A DNA stretch of 57,171 bases from Patescibacteria group bacterium (GTDB taxonomy: Bacteria > Patescibacteriota > Minisyncoccia > JAHISW01 > Tagabacteraceae): positions 1 through 57,171 of the forward strand of contig JBHPEK010000003.1 in assembly GCA_042577045.1 (NCBI GenBank), given 5' to 3'. The stretch's first letter is position 1, and every line of letters starts with the position of its first letter. A model generated the notes under the pieces. It was not told the origin of the DNA and made no database searches. It worked only from the letters and a program-made list of their open reading frames with translations. Both the position numbers and the translations under genes were made by a program. Below are positions 1 to 9,663 of this stretch, one piece after another.

Positions 1-22
1 GTTTTGGTTTTATTTATCCACT

Positions 23-47
23 TGCGTCGACGTCCGACGTCGACGCA
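23..47. repeat. 25-nt perfect GC-rich palindrome TGCGTCGACGTC-C-GACGTCGACGCA, copy 1, 10 nt beyond the rpoC stop codon
   Basis: Read directly. The 12-nt arms are exact reverse complements. The same 29-mer TTGCGTCGACGTCCGACGTCGACGCAGGT recurs at 98-126. Confidence 0.9.
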
Positions 48-56
48 GGTGAGACA

Positions 57-3000
57 TTACTCTTTAGTGGCCTCTTTTTTCTCATCTGTATTCTTTTTTG
101 CGTCGACGTCCGACGTCGACGCAGGTTGGAGGCTTTTGAGGTCTTTGCGAAAACCGGTTCCAGCGGGGATGAGGTGTCCGATGATGACATTTTCTTTTAA
201 TCCTCTGAGGATATCTTTTCCGCCCTCTGTGGCTGTGGAAATCAAAACTCTGGAAGTGTCTTGAAAAGATGCTGCCGACAAGAAACTAGACGTAGTTAAA
301 GAAACTTTACTAATTCCCATGAGAAGTTGCTCTCCTACTGCTTCTTTACCACCAGTTTTTTTAATGCGCCTGTTTTCTTCAACAAGAATAGATTTTTCTA
401 CTATTTTATCTTTATTCAAAGAAGTATCACCTGAGGATTGGACTTTAAATCTAGAAAACATCTGCCTAACAATTACCTCTAGATGTTTCTTGCTAATAGA
501 AACTCCTTGAATAGCATAGACCCGACCAACTTCTTCCAAAATATAATTCTGGGACTTCTCAACACCGGCAAATTTAAACAATTCTTTCACGTCTATTGGC
601 CCATCTGTAAGAGCTTCTCCACCAGAAACCTTTTGACCCTTAGTTACCAAAACTCTTTTTCCAAAAGGAATTGCATATTCTTTTCCTTCTGTCTTTTTCT
701 CTTTTATTTTTGTCTTCTTTTTTGGATCTATTTTCTCTTCTGTCTTTTTGTCTATTTCTTCTATGTTTGGTAAAACAGTAATAATCTTGTCCCCGAGTGT
801 TTCCTCACTTGTTTTGTCTTCTTTAATATCAATAACCAAACCGTCTACTTCTGAAACAATAGCAGCATTAGCCGGAGTTCTCATTTCAAAAAGTTCCTCC
901 ACCCTAGGAAGACCCAGGGTAATATCCCCACCCTTAGCGGCCACACCACCAGTATGGAAAGTTCTCATTGTGAGCTGTGTTCCTGGTTCACCAATTGCCT
1001 GCGCAGCCACAATCCCTACAGCTTCGCCAAGTTTAACCACATCACCAAAACCAAGGTCATAACCATAACACTTCTGACAAAGACCCCAAGTTGACTGACA
1101 ACTCAATGGGGAACGAACTTGAATTTCTTCCACGCCCGACTCATCAATTAATTTAGCGTCTATTTCTGTAATTAGGTGACCTGCTTTTAAATTCAACTTG
1201 ATTAAATCTTTGGACAAAAATCTTCCTCTTATTTCAGATTCAAAGCTTCTGCCAAAAGTTTCGTCATCTGGTCTTCTTATTAAAATGCCCTCTTTCTCTT
1301 TACAATCTTCCTCTCCAATAACTACGTCTTGGGCAACATCCACCAAACGCCTTGTTAGGTAGCCGGCCTTGGCAGTTTTTAGAGCTGTGTCCGCAGTACC
1401 TTTTCTTGCGCCATGAGTAGAAATGAAGTATTCCAAAACATTAAGTCCTTTTTTATACGAAGAACGAATAGGGAAATCTATAATGCGTCCAGCTGGATTT
1501 AACACTAAACCCTTCATTCCAGCCATCTGACTAGTTTGCCCCCAAGAACCTCGAGAAGCAGAAGAAACCATACTGTAAACAGGACCAAAAGAATCTAGCC
1601 CTTCTGGAACCGACTCATCTACTTTCCTTTTTGCCTCTTGCCAAATAGTGATAGATTTTTGATAGCGCTCGTCCGAGGTCAAAAGCCCTTCATTGTATTG
1701 ATTATAAATTTCTTTTTCTTTTTCTTCGGCCTCTTTTAAGAAACCTTCTTTCTTTTTAGGTTCTTGGACATCGTTCATTCCCCAAGAAATTCCAGAAGTA
1801 GTAGCATATTGATATCCAAAAGCCTTTATTTTATCCAAAACATCTGGCGTAGCATCTACTCCAAAAGTTTTAATAAGTTCTTGAACAATGCTCGCCAATC
1901 TCTTTTTGGTAAATTCTTCATTAATAAAACCGAAAGTAGAAGGCAAGACACTATTAAATAAAAGCCGGCCAACAGTAGTTTCTATAATCTTTTCTCCTAA
2001 TGTTTTATATTTCGGAGAGTCTTTAACCATAACCTTGACTAGGGCCTGCAAAGCTACTTCCCCAAAGTCATAAGCAGTAATCGCCTCATTCGGACTAGAA
2101 AAATATTTTCCTTCCCCCTTAGATCCCTCTCTTATGCGAGTCATAAAAAAGCAACCCAGAACAATATCTTGAGAAGGATTAACAACTGGTTCCCCCGTTC
2201 GTGGTATCAATAAGTTTTTCACCGAAGCCATAATTTCACGAGCTTCCTCTTGCGCTTCTTTACCCAATGGAAGATGAACAGCCATCTGATCACCATCGAA
2301 ATCGGCATTGAATGCCGAACAAACCATAGGATGAACCTGAATAGCCTTGCCATCAATAAGAACTGGGCGAAAGGCTTGAATACCAAGTCTGTGCAAAGTC
2401 GGCGCCCTGTTGAGCAAAACATGCTTATCTTCAATAACATTTTCTAAAATCTCCCAAACTTCATCTCCCTTTTCATCTATCAATCTGTTTGCTCCACGAA
2501 CATTGTAGGCAAAACCCTTCTTAATAATTTGAGAAATGACAAACGGCCTAAATAGTTCTAAAGCCATATGTTTTGGTAAACCACACTGACCAAGCTTCAA
2601 GTCGGGACCCACCACAATTACACTACGTCCCGAGTAATCCACTCGCTTTCCAAGAAGATTCTGCCTAAATCTTCCTTGTTTTCCACGAAGCATATCCGCT
2701 AAAGACCGGAGTGGTCTCTTTTGCCATTGACTTACTGCGGCGCCCTGACTGCGACGAATAGAATTGTCAATCAAAGCATCAACAGATTCTTGAAGCATTC
2801 TTTTTTCATTTTTAACAATTACCTCTGGAGCATTAAGATCTAGAAGTTTTTTCAATCTATTATTCCTATTTAAAACTCTCCTATATAGGTCATTAACATC
2901 GGAAGTAGCATGTCGGCCTCCATCCAGTTGAACCATCGGACGAAGCGCTGGTGGTATAACTGGAATAACATTTAAAAACATCCACTCCGGTCTGATGTTT

Positions 3001-3782
3001 GATTTGCGCATCATTTTAACAAAAGCAAGTCTTTTGAGAATTTTCTTTTTATTCTGAACCGAGGAACCCTCGTATAGCTTCTCGAGTTTCTCGGCGATTT
3101 TTTCTAAATCAATTTTTTTACAAATATTATATAATGTTTCTGCTCCAGCTCCCGCTTCAAACACTTCTCCGTATTTCAAACTAAGACGCCTATACTCTAT
3201 TTCGTCAAAAACTTTATGAAGCACTATGTTGGACAATTCTTTTTCGGCAACCGAAAGAGCTGACTTCAAAGCAGCTTTATCTTCTTTATTTTTAAGTTTT
3301 TTAGATTTTAGCTTGTGTTCCTTTTTGAAAGCATTAAAAATTTCATTCTTTTCATCCTCATTTACCTTGGTCACAACATATCCAGCAAAATAAATTATCT
3401 TTTCTAAATCTGCAATAGACATATCTAGAAGTAAACCAATCCGAGAGGGAATTCCTCTCAAAAACCAGATATGAGCCACGGGGGCAGCTAAAGCAATATG
3501 TCCCATTCTTTCACGTCGAACAATGCTACGAGTTATTTCCACTCCACATTTTTCACAAACAATACCTTTATATCTAACCCTTCTGTATTTACCACAATAA
3601 CATTCATAATCTTTTTCCGGACCAAAAATTCTTTCATCAAAAAGCCCCTCTCGTTCTGGTCGTTGAGTTCTATAATTAATAGTTTCAGCTTTGGTCACTT
3701 CTCCATGTGACCACTCCAAAATATTCTCGGGTGAAGCGAGTTTTAGAATTATGGAATCAAAATCTGTAGTCTTAATGTTCAT
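57..3782 (-). CDS. rpoC: DNA-directed RNA polymerase subunit beta'
   Basis: 1241-aa ORF. It has the zinc-binding CYCGKY..C.KCGVE motif, the catalytic NADFDGDQMAVH motif and trigger-loop/bridge-helix regions. It overlaps the rpoB stop by 11 nt. Confidence 0.97.
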   Translation of the reverse strand: MNIKTTDFDSIILKLASPENILEWSHGEVTKAETINYRTQRPEREGLFDERIFGPEKDYECYCGKYRRVRYKGIVCEKCGVEITRSIVRRERMGHIALAAPVAHIWFLRGIPSRIGLLLDMSIADLEKIIYFAGYVVTKVNEDEKNEIFNAFKKEHKLKSKKLKNKEDKAALKSALSVAEKELSNIVLHKVFDEIEYRRLSLKYGEVFEAGAGAETLYNICKKIDLEKIAEKLEKLYEGSSVQNKKKILKRLAFVKMMRKSNIRPEWMFLNVIPVIPPALRPMVQLDGGRHATSDVNDLYRRVLNRNNRLKKLLDLNAPEVIVKNEKRMLQESVDALIDNSIRRSQGAAVSQWQKRPLRSLADMLRGKQGRFRQNLLGKRVDYSGRSVIVVGPDLKLGQCGLPKHMALELFRPFVISQIIKKGFAYNVRGANRLIDEKGDEVWEILENVIEDKHVLLNRAPTLHRLGIQAFRPVLIDGKAIQVHPMVCSAFNADFDGDQMAVHLPLGKEAQEEAREIMASVKNLLIPRTGEPVVNPSQDIVLGCFFMTRIREGSKGEGKYFSSPNEAITAYDFGEVALQALVKVMVKDSPKYKTLGEKIIETTVGRLLFNSVLPSTFGFINEEFTKKRLASIVQELIKTFGVDATPDVLDKIKAFGYQYATTSGISWGMNDVQEPKKKEGFLKEAEEKEKEIYNQYNEGLLTSDERYQKSITIWQEAKRKVDESVPEGLDSFGPVYSMVSSASRGSWGQTSQMAGMKGLVLNPAGRIIDFPIRSSYKKGLNVLEYFISTHGARKGTADTALKTAKAGYLTRRLVDVAQDVVIGEEDCKEKEGILIRRPDDETFGRSFESEIRGRFLSKDLIKLNLKAGHLITEIDAKLIDESGVEEIQVRSPLSCQSTWGLCQKCYGYDLGFGDVVKLGEAVGIVAAQAIGEPGTQLTMRTFHTGGVAAKGGDITLGLPRVEELFEMRTPANAAIVSEVDGLVIDIKEDKTSEETLGDKIITVLPNIEEIDKKTEEKIDPKKKTKIKEKKTEGKEYAIPFGKRVLVTKGQKVSGGEALTDGPIDVKELFKFAGVEKSQNYILEEVGRVYAIQGVSISKKHLEVIVRQMFSRFKVQSSGDTSLNKDKIVEKSILVEENRRIKKTGGKEAVGEQLLMGISKVSLTTSSFLSAASFQDTSRVLISTATEGGKDILRGLKENVIIGHLIPAGTGFRKDLKSLQPASTSDVDAKKNTDEKKEATKE
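99..123. repeat. Same 25-nt palindrome, copy 2, inside the rpoC C-terminal coding region (encodes ASTSDVDA)
   Basis: Identical to 23-47. It lies 76 nt away from copy 1, so the two copies are in different frames. Confidence 0.9.
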
Positions 3783-6700
3783 CTTCGTCTTTTTTATCTA
3801 AAATAACATTTAATGCTAACCCCTTTAATTCATTTACTAAAACATGAAAAGATGCTGGGATATTTGGATTTTTGAAGTCTTCTCCGCGAACAATAGCATC
3901 AAAAACACCTGTTCTTCCCAAAACATCGTCTGATTTTACAGTAAGCATTTCCTGTAAAGTGTGAGCTGCACCATGACCCTCTAAAGCCCAAACTTCCATT
4001 TCTCCAAACCTTTGGCCACCACCCTGCGCTTTACCACCAAGTGGCTGTTGGGTGATGAGGGAGTAAGGACCAATAGATCTCATATGCATTTTATCCTCCA
4101 CCATATGAATAAGTTTAAGCATATACATTTTCCCAACGGCAACTTTTTGTTCTAATTCATCCCCTGTTCTTCCATCAAATAATGTAAGCTTTCCATCTCT
4201 AGGATAACCAGCTGCCTCTAGCTCATTGGCAATTTCGTCTTCAGTTACTCCCACAAATGGTGGAGTAATAGCTGCGTATCCAAGTCGGTCGGCTGCCAAA
4301 CCAAGATGATTTTCCAAAACCTGTCCAAGATTCATTCTCCCAGCAATACCCAAAGGATTTAAAATGATATCAAGGGGGGTGCCATCTTCAAGATATGGCA
4401 TATCCTCTTCTGGTAAAATTTTAGAGATAACACCTTTATTTCCATGCCTTCCCGCTAGCTTATCTCCTACTGAAACTTTCCTAAGTTGGGCCAATTCAAT
4501 TTTTATTTCTTTAATTACACCAGTTTCCAACTTATCGCCTCTGTCTCGTGAAAACACCTTCACCCCAATTACTCTTCCACTTTTACCATGCTCTAACCTA
4601 AGAGAAGTATCTTTAACTTCCCTAGCCTTTTCTCCAAAAATAGCTCGGAGCAGTCTTTCCTCGGGAGTAAGTTCTACCTCTCCTTTTGGTGAAATTTTAC
4701 CAACCAAAATATCTCCAGCGCGCACTTCGGCGCCAATACGAATAATCCCATCTTCGTCTAAATCTTTTAGTTTTTCTTCGCCGATATTAGGAATATCGTA
4801 AGTGGTAATTTCTGGACCAAGCTTGGTGTCACGAACCTTGACCGAAAACTCTTCAATATGAACCGAAGTAAAGACATCATCTCTTACTAGTCGCTGAGAG
4901 ATAATTATGGCATCTTCAAAATTCGCGCCACCCCAAGAAAGAAAGGCTGCTAGAATATTCTTACCAAGCGCAAGACGACCATTGTTCGTAGAACTAGCGT
5001 CAGCCAAAACTTGGCCTTTTTTCACTTCTTCATTTAGATCCACTATTGGGCGGTGATTAATTAAAGTAAAATCATTTGACCTTAGGTAATTAATCAGTGG
5101 ATATTCATCTTCCTTGCCTTTACTATTTTTAACAACAATTTTATCTCCATCTACATATTTAACCTTTCCAGAATTTTTAGCCAAAACCAACCGTCCACTA
5201 TCGTGTGCTGCTTTTTCTTCCCAACCAGTACCAACCAAAGGAGCTTCTGGGTTTAAACACGGCACACCTTGTCTTTGCATATTTGAGCCCATCAAAGCTC
5301 TATTGGCATCATCATGCTCTAAGAAAGGAATTAAAGAAGTAGCCACACTAAATGCTTGCTGTGGAGAAACATCTATAAAATCTATCTCGTTTTTAGGAAC
5401 CACTCCCGGCTGAAGCTTAACTCTAGCTTCCACCATAGAGTCGAGTAATTTACCATTTTTATCATAATTGGCCCCAGCGTGAGCAATTTGATGCCGGCTT
5501 TCTTCAAAAGCATCCAAATATACTATTTCAGGGGTAATTTTTCCATTTTTAACTCGAAAATAAGGGGTTTCTATTATTCCATATTCATTAAGCTTGGCAT
5601 GAGACGCCAAATGAACCACTAAGCCAATGTTTGGACCTTCTGGTGTTTCAATTGGACAAATTCTTCCATAATGAGAAGCGTGCACATCACGCACCTCAAA
5701 ACCAGCGCGCTCGCGCGTAAGACCACCGGGGCCAAGCGCGGAAAGTCTTCGTAAATGCTCCAATTCAGAAAGAATATTTTCTTGACTCATAAACTGAGAC
5801 AATTGATTGGTGGCAAAATACTCCCGTACAATAGCTGAAAAAGGCCTTGCATTAATTAACCTGCTTGGGCTGGCCAACTCCGCTTCTTCAGTAGACATTC
5901 TATCTTGAATGGCTTTTTTCATTCTGGCCATTCCAACACGCAACCTGTCTTGAAGCATCTCTCCAACAACACGAATTCGTCTGTTTCCAAGATGGTCAAT
6001 ATCATCTGGCTCTGATTTTATATCATCATTTAGCTTGATTATCTCTGTAATAACAGCCACCAAGTCTTCTTTAGAAACTGTTTTTGACTGGTCTTTAATG
6101 TTTTCCATAGACAAATCAAGGCGCTGATTAAACTTATATCTTCCCACATTGGATAAATCATATCTTTCAGAGCTAAACATTGCCGAAAGGAGCTCTTGAG
6201 CGTTGGTTGCGGTTGCCAGTTCACCCGGCCTGATGCGTTTGAAAATTTCAATGTAGGCCTCTTCCGAATTGTGTGATTCGTCTTTTTCTAGAGTATTTTT
6301 TATATAGTCTATATCACCAACCTTGATATGTTTAAAAGCTTTTTTAATTTCTTCGTTCGTGGAAAAACCAAAAGCACGCAAAAGGGAAGTAACAGCCATT
6401 TTTCTCTTTCTATCCAATCGGACATAGAGAGCATTGTCCGATTCAGTTTCAATCTCTATCCAAGCGCCTCGGTTAGGAATAATTTTAGCGCCAAAGTTCT
6501 TTTTGCGCCTAAAAATATTCATTGTAAAGTAAACACCAAAAGAGCGTGTCAGCTGAGAAACTATAACACGCTCTACTCCGTTGATAACAAAAGTGCCATG
6601 ATCCGTCATCAGCGGAAGGTCCGATAGGAATATTTCTTGTTCCTTTACTTCACCCACAACCTTGTTCTCAAGACGCACATTTACCTTTAGGGGCGCTTCA

Positions 6701-6948
6701 TAAGACATGTTGTTGGCTTTGGCATAATATTCATCACATTTTGGTTCACCGATGGTAAACTCTAGAAATTCTAAATCAAACTCTTTTTCGGTATAATCTT
6801 TGATTGGAGAAAACTCTTTGAACAATTGCTTAAGACCTTCTGTTTTGAACCAATCAAAAGAATTCAGCTGGGTTTCTGTTAAATCAAGCCCATCAACAAT
6901 AGGTTCTTTGTACTTTGAAAAGTATTTTTTGGGACGTATTTTTTGCAT
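3772..6948 (-). CDS. rpoB: DNA-directed RNA polymerase subunit beta
   Basis: 1058-aa ORF with rpoB signatures such as GPNIGL, NMQRQ and HGNKGV, plus the ...RFGEMEVWALE segment near the C-terminus. It lies immediately upstream of rpoC. Confidence 0.97.
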   Translation of the reverse strand: MQKIRPKKYFSKYKEPIVDGLDLTETQLNSFDWFKTEGLKQLFKEFSPIKDYTEKEFDLEFLEFTIGEPKCDEYYAKANNMSYEAPLKVNVRLENKVVGEVKEQEIFLSDLPLMTDHGTFVINGVERVIVSQLTRSFGVYFTMNIFRRKKNFGAKIIPNRGAWIEIETESDNALYVRLDRKRKMAVTSLLRAFGFSTNEEIKKAFKHIKVGDIDYIKNTLEKDESHNSEEAYIEIFKRIRPGELATATNAQELLSAMFSSERYDLSNVGRYKFNQRLDLSMENIKDQSKTVSKEDLVAVITEIIKLNDDIKSEPDDIDHLGNRRIRVVGEMLQDRLRVGMARMKKAIQDRMSTEEAELASPSRLINARPFSAIVREYFATNQLSQFMSQENILSELEHLRRLSALGPGGLTRERAGFEVRDVHASHYGRICPIETPEGPNIGLVVHLASHAKLNEYGIIETPYFRVKNGKITPEIVYLDAFEESRHQIAHAGANYDKNGKLLDSMVEARVKLQPGVVPKNEIDFIDVSPQQAFSVATSLIPFLEHDDANRALMGSNMQRQGVPCLNPEAPLVGTGWEEKAAHDSGRLVLAKNSGKVKYVDGDKIVVKNSKGKEDEYPLINYLRSNDFTLINHRPIVDLNEEVKKGQVLADASSTNNGRLALGKNILAAFLSWGGANFEDAIIISQRLVRDDVFTSVHIEEFSVKVRDTKLGPEITTYDIPNIGEEKLKDLDEDGIIRIGAEVRAGDILVGKISPKGEVELTPEERLLRAIFGEKAREVKDTSLRLEHGKSGRVIGVKVFSRDRGDKLETGVIKEIKIELAQLRKVSVGDKLAGRHGNKGVISKILPEEDMPYLEDGTPLDIILNPLGIAGRMNLGQVLENHLGLAADRLGYAAITPPFVGVTEDEIANELEAAGYPRDGKLTLFDGRTGDELEQKVAVGKMYMLKLIHMVEDKMHMRSIGPYSLITQQPLGGKAQGGGQRFGEMEVWALEGHGAAHTLQEMLTVKSDDVLGRTGVFDAIVRGEDFKNPNIPASFHVLVNELKGLALNVILDKKDEDEH

Positions 6949-7192
6949 TTTATAACATTAAGCGCGATTAGACACGCAAGATGTAACAAAAACAGCCCAT
7001 TCTGTTTTTTGCTTCTTAAACGGGTCTAAATATTTTGTTATTTATTATCGAAATGAAATGGTGTAGTAGTATTAAACACCTTAAGCTCTATATTATGCTT
7101 TTAAAGCAGGTTTTTCAACCCTCCAAACTGTTGATAAACAACTTAGCACATTTTAATAAAAGTTGTCAATGGTTTATCTAATAACTAAAAAA

Positions 7193-7209
7193 GGAGCACA
7201 AGTGCTCCT
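7193..7209 (-). terminator. Hairpin GGAGCAC-AA-GTGCTCC flanked by A/T runs, downstream of the HAD gene
   Basis: Perfect 7-bp stem with T-tracts on both strands, 12 nt after the stop at 7221. Confidence 0.6.
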
Positions 7210-7220
7210 TTTTTTTTGAT

Positions 7221-7991
7221 TTAAAACTCCAGGTTGAAGAAATCATCCTCACTGCGGAGGGTGCAATGCAAGTAATCCGCGTGTTTTTCAAAATCACTGT
7301 CTGTTCCCAGCCCATGTTCCCAAATCACATTGGCAACAGATACTCCAGCGCGGATAGCGGCCTCAATATCATCTGGCATGTCGCCTATCATGAGCGTATT
7401 TTCAATGCCGACCCCAGTTTCCTGCATAATGTAATTTATGCCTTCGGGGTCGGGTTTTAGGTTTTTTACTGTTCCTGCCCCGACAACAACATCAAAGTAT
7501 TTTATCATGCTATTGCTAAAAAACTTTAAGACACTGTACTTGTGGCGATTTGAACAAATCGCCAGCCGATACTTTTCTGATAAATCGACTAAAAGATATT
7601 GCACCCACGGAAGAATATAAGAATGTTTATTTTCTACAGCGTAAAAAATCTTATTCATCTCTTCCTTTCTAGCCTCGGGAACACCCATTCTCTTCAGAGT
7701 ATCTTCCCAGTCCGGAGTCCACCAATCAAGAAACTCTTCAAGTGTTCGAAAAAATACCCGATAATCTTTATGCAAAAAAGTGATCATTGCTTTATAAGCC
7801 TCGAAAAGACCTTCCCGCGAAGCATGAACCAACACACCGTCCAAATCAAAGATGATCAATTTGTTGGTTGAGGGAGTCGGGTTATAGGGCTGGGGCCCTG
7901 GTTCAACAAGATAATTTTCGCCACAGCCGGGACATTTTTCGGTAATAGTTGGGGCTTCGTATCCGCAATTCACACACCTCGGTTTCGGCAT
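7221..7991 (-). CDS. HAD-superfamily hydrolase with N-terminal zinc ribbon
   Basis: CxxC...CxxC at the N-terminus (CVNCG..CPGCG). HAD motif I is FDLDGVL and motif IV is GDMPDDI. AGGAGG lies 5 nt upstream of the ATG. Confidence 0.8.
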   Translation of the reverse strand: MPKPRCVNCGYEAPTITEKCPGCGENYLVEPGPQPYNPTPSTNKLIIFDLDGVLVHASREGLFEAYKAMITFLHKDYRVFFRTLEEFLDWWTPDWEDTLKRMGVPEARKEEMNKIFYAVENKHSYILPWVQYLLVDLSEKYRLAICSNRHKYSVLKFFSNSMIKYFDVVVGAGTVKNLKPDPEGINYIMQETGVGIENTLMIGDMPDDIEAAIRAGVSVANVIWEHGLGTDSDFEKHADYLHCTLRSEDDFFNLEF

Positions 7992-8048
7992 TGGAACCTC
8001 CTATTGTCAAAGATAAATATTTACTTAATATATACCACAAAAGACAAC

Positions 8049-8543
8049 TCAAGTCAAGTTTAAATCTGGGTTATGCTTTCTTTCCTCGCCTATTGTACTT
8101 GCTGGTCCATGCCCTGGGTAGACTTTGAAATGATCTGGTAATTGAATCAATTTATCTAAAGATTCCTTCATCTTTATTTTATCGCTCCCCGGTAAATCTG
8201 TCCTTCCTACTGTATTTTTAAACAAGCAATCCCCAGAGAATACATTATCTTCAACAACAATAGAGATATCGTCTTTGCTATGCCCAGATGTTTCTATAAC
8301 TTTAAAATTATCAAATTCTTTTAATTCCTTGATATTAAAATGTTCTTTGATATCTTCTAGTGCGCGAACATGATCAAAATGCCAATGGGTTACAAAGATT
8401 CCCTTTGGCTTTAAATTTTTCTCTTCTATAAATTTTATTATTTTTTCAGCGTCATCCCCAGGGTCTATTATTATATTATTCACAATATAGCAATTCGTCC
8501 GCAATGACCCCACTTTGATAGTATAAACATTCAACATTAACAA
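8049..8543 (-). CDS. MBL-fold metallo-hydrolase (glyoxalase II-like)
   Basis: HWHFDH (HxHxDH) motif and a later GHS/GH motif pattern in a 164-aa ORF. Confidence 0.85.
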   Translation of the reverse strand: MLMLNVYTIKVGSLRTNCYIVNNIIIDPGDDAEKIIKFIEEKNLKPKGIFVTHWHFDHVRALEDIKEHFNIKELKEFDNFKVIETSGHSKDDISIVVEDNVFSGDCLFKNTVGRTDLPGSDKIKMKESLDKLIQLPDHFKVYPGHGPASTIGEERKHNPDLNLT

Positions 8544-8566
8544 ACATTATATCACAAAATAAAAAA

Positions 8567-8584
8567 ACAGAGGTTTCCCTCTGT
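8567..8584 (-). terminator. Rho-independent terminator-like hairpin ACAGAGG-TTTC-CCTCTGT
   Basis: 7-bp stem followed on the minus strand by a T-run (A-run 8560-8566 on plus). It lies 12 nt after the stop of the 8596-9093 ORF. Confidence 0.6.
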
Positions 8585-8595
8585 TTGTGTTTATT

Positions 8596-9093
8596 TCATT
8601 CCCCGTTCTCTTGTATTTGCAAAACTTTTTCTGCTTCTGCAATCGCGATCTTAAGTTTTGGCTTATCTTCTTCCATTTTTTTAAGCTTTTTCTTGCAAGC
8701 AACTAAATTCTCGTACGTCGCAAGCCACAACTCTAAATTGTGAGTAATTCCTATTTCAGAGGTTTCTATTTTTTCTCTCAAATTTAGACAAAGCTGATAG
8801 CTTATCGGTAAAGAAGGATCATAAATTTCAATAATTTTTTTCTCTGCTTTTTCTATAATTTTTTTATACCTGTATTCAGGAAGGCGTTTTTGCCATGAAG
8901 TTTTTGCTTCAGTCATACACAAAGCTACAACTGCACAAAAAATCATTCCAAAAAAAGCAATTTCCGAAGGTGACAGAAGTATACACGCAAATGTACCAAC
9001 TGCAAAACAACAAGTGATAAACGCTGCCATTTTGGGACTGTAATAAAAAAACTGCGCCAATACTCTTTGAAACCAATTCAATTCTTTTTCCAT
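8596..9093 (-). CDS. Hypothetical 2-TM membrane protein, paralogue of 11543-12064
   Basis: It shares KELNxFQ, WxKRLPEYRYKK and LExWL..Y motifs with the 11543 ORF. GGAGG lies 6 nt upstream of the ATG. Confidence 0.6.
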   Translation of the reverse strand: MEKELNWFQRVLAQFFYYSPKMAAFITCCFAVGTFACILLSPSEIAFFGMIFCAVVALCMTEAKTSWQKRLPEYRYKKIIEKAEKKIIEIYDPSLPISYQLCLNLREKIETSEIGITHNLELWLATYENLVACKKKLKKMEEDKPKLKIAIAEAEKVLQIQENGE

Positions 9094-9205
9094 TTCGTTC
9101 CTCCATATTTTATTATCAAAAAACCTTGCACTTTTTATAGCACAGATTATTCAAAAAAACAAGTATAAAAACCCAAACTAATACTCTAATTTCACTCCTG
9201 TTTTT

Positions 9206-9421
9206 TCAGCAATTTGGTGCATCCATCCGCTTTTTTGCATATGCGTCCACGGAAGATTGAAGAGATCTAAAATCTTGTCTTAATTCTTCAAAATATTCCT
9301 TCGTTACAAAAATATCAGTAAGTTCTTCCTTCGTTGCAAAATTTTCAATAATATCTTTTTTTGTAATAAAAACTTCTTTTTGAGCGTCTATTATTTTAGT
9401 TATATCTTCTTTCTCTAACAT
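9206..9421 (-). CDS. Hypothetical small protein (71 aa)
   Basis: ORF only. No SD is seen. It has an internally repetitive F(I/A/V)TKE pattern. Confidence 0.35.
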   Translation of the reverse strand: MLEKEDITKIIDAQKEVFITKKDIIENFATKEELTDIFVTKEYFEELRQDFRSLQSSVDAYAKKRMDAPNC

Positions 9422-9465
9422 ATTCTCATAATACTATTTATTAATTTGTGTTGCAAGTAAAAATA

Positions 9466-9650
9466 CCCAAAAAACGCCCTATTCTAGGAAAATATAGGCG
9501 TGTTTTCCTAGAATAAGCTAAAAAATGCCCGCCTCTCTTCCTTAGACATCTGCACGATACTCGATTTCGTGTAGTGTCGGCGGGTGGCAAACTTCTTGCC
9601 AAAGTAATATCCCAGTACTCCGGCGATTAGTACATATAAATAATTCATAG
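9466..9650. repeat. ~185-nt dispersed repeat, copy 1 (contains small ORF 9508-9648 and its 3' hairpin)
   Basis: Aligned by eye to 11225-11408. The 3' ~125 nt are nearly identical (1 mismatch, 1 indel). The 5' ~57 nt of the ORF are only about 70% identical. Confidence 0.85.
9508..9648 (-). CDS. Small hydrophobic/basic peptide, 46 aa (MNYLYVLIAGVLGYYFGKKFATRRHYTKSSIVQMSKEERRAFFSLF)
   Basis: Hand-translated; it is below the ORF-track cutoff. A second copy at 11266-11406 differs only by conservative changes. The stop codon sits inside an 11-bp hairpin (9482-9513). Confidence 0.45.
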   Translation of the reverse strand: MNYLYVLIAGVLGYYFGKKFATRRHYTKSSIVQMSKEERRAFFSLF

Positions 9651-9663
9651 ACTTAGTCCTTTT

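Noticed and set aside
4-264. Plus-strand 86-aa ORF at the window start, and other plus-strand ORFs opposite rpoC/rpoB (319-6627)
   Set aside because: They are antisense to strongly supported rpoC/rpoB coding sequence and have low-complexity translations. No start-site signals are present.
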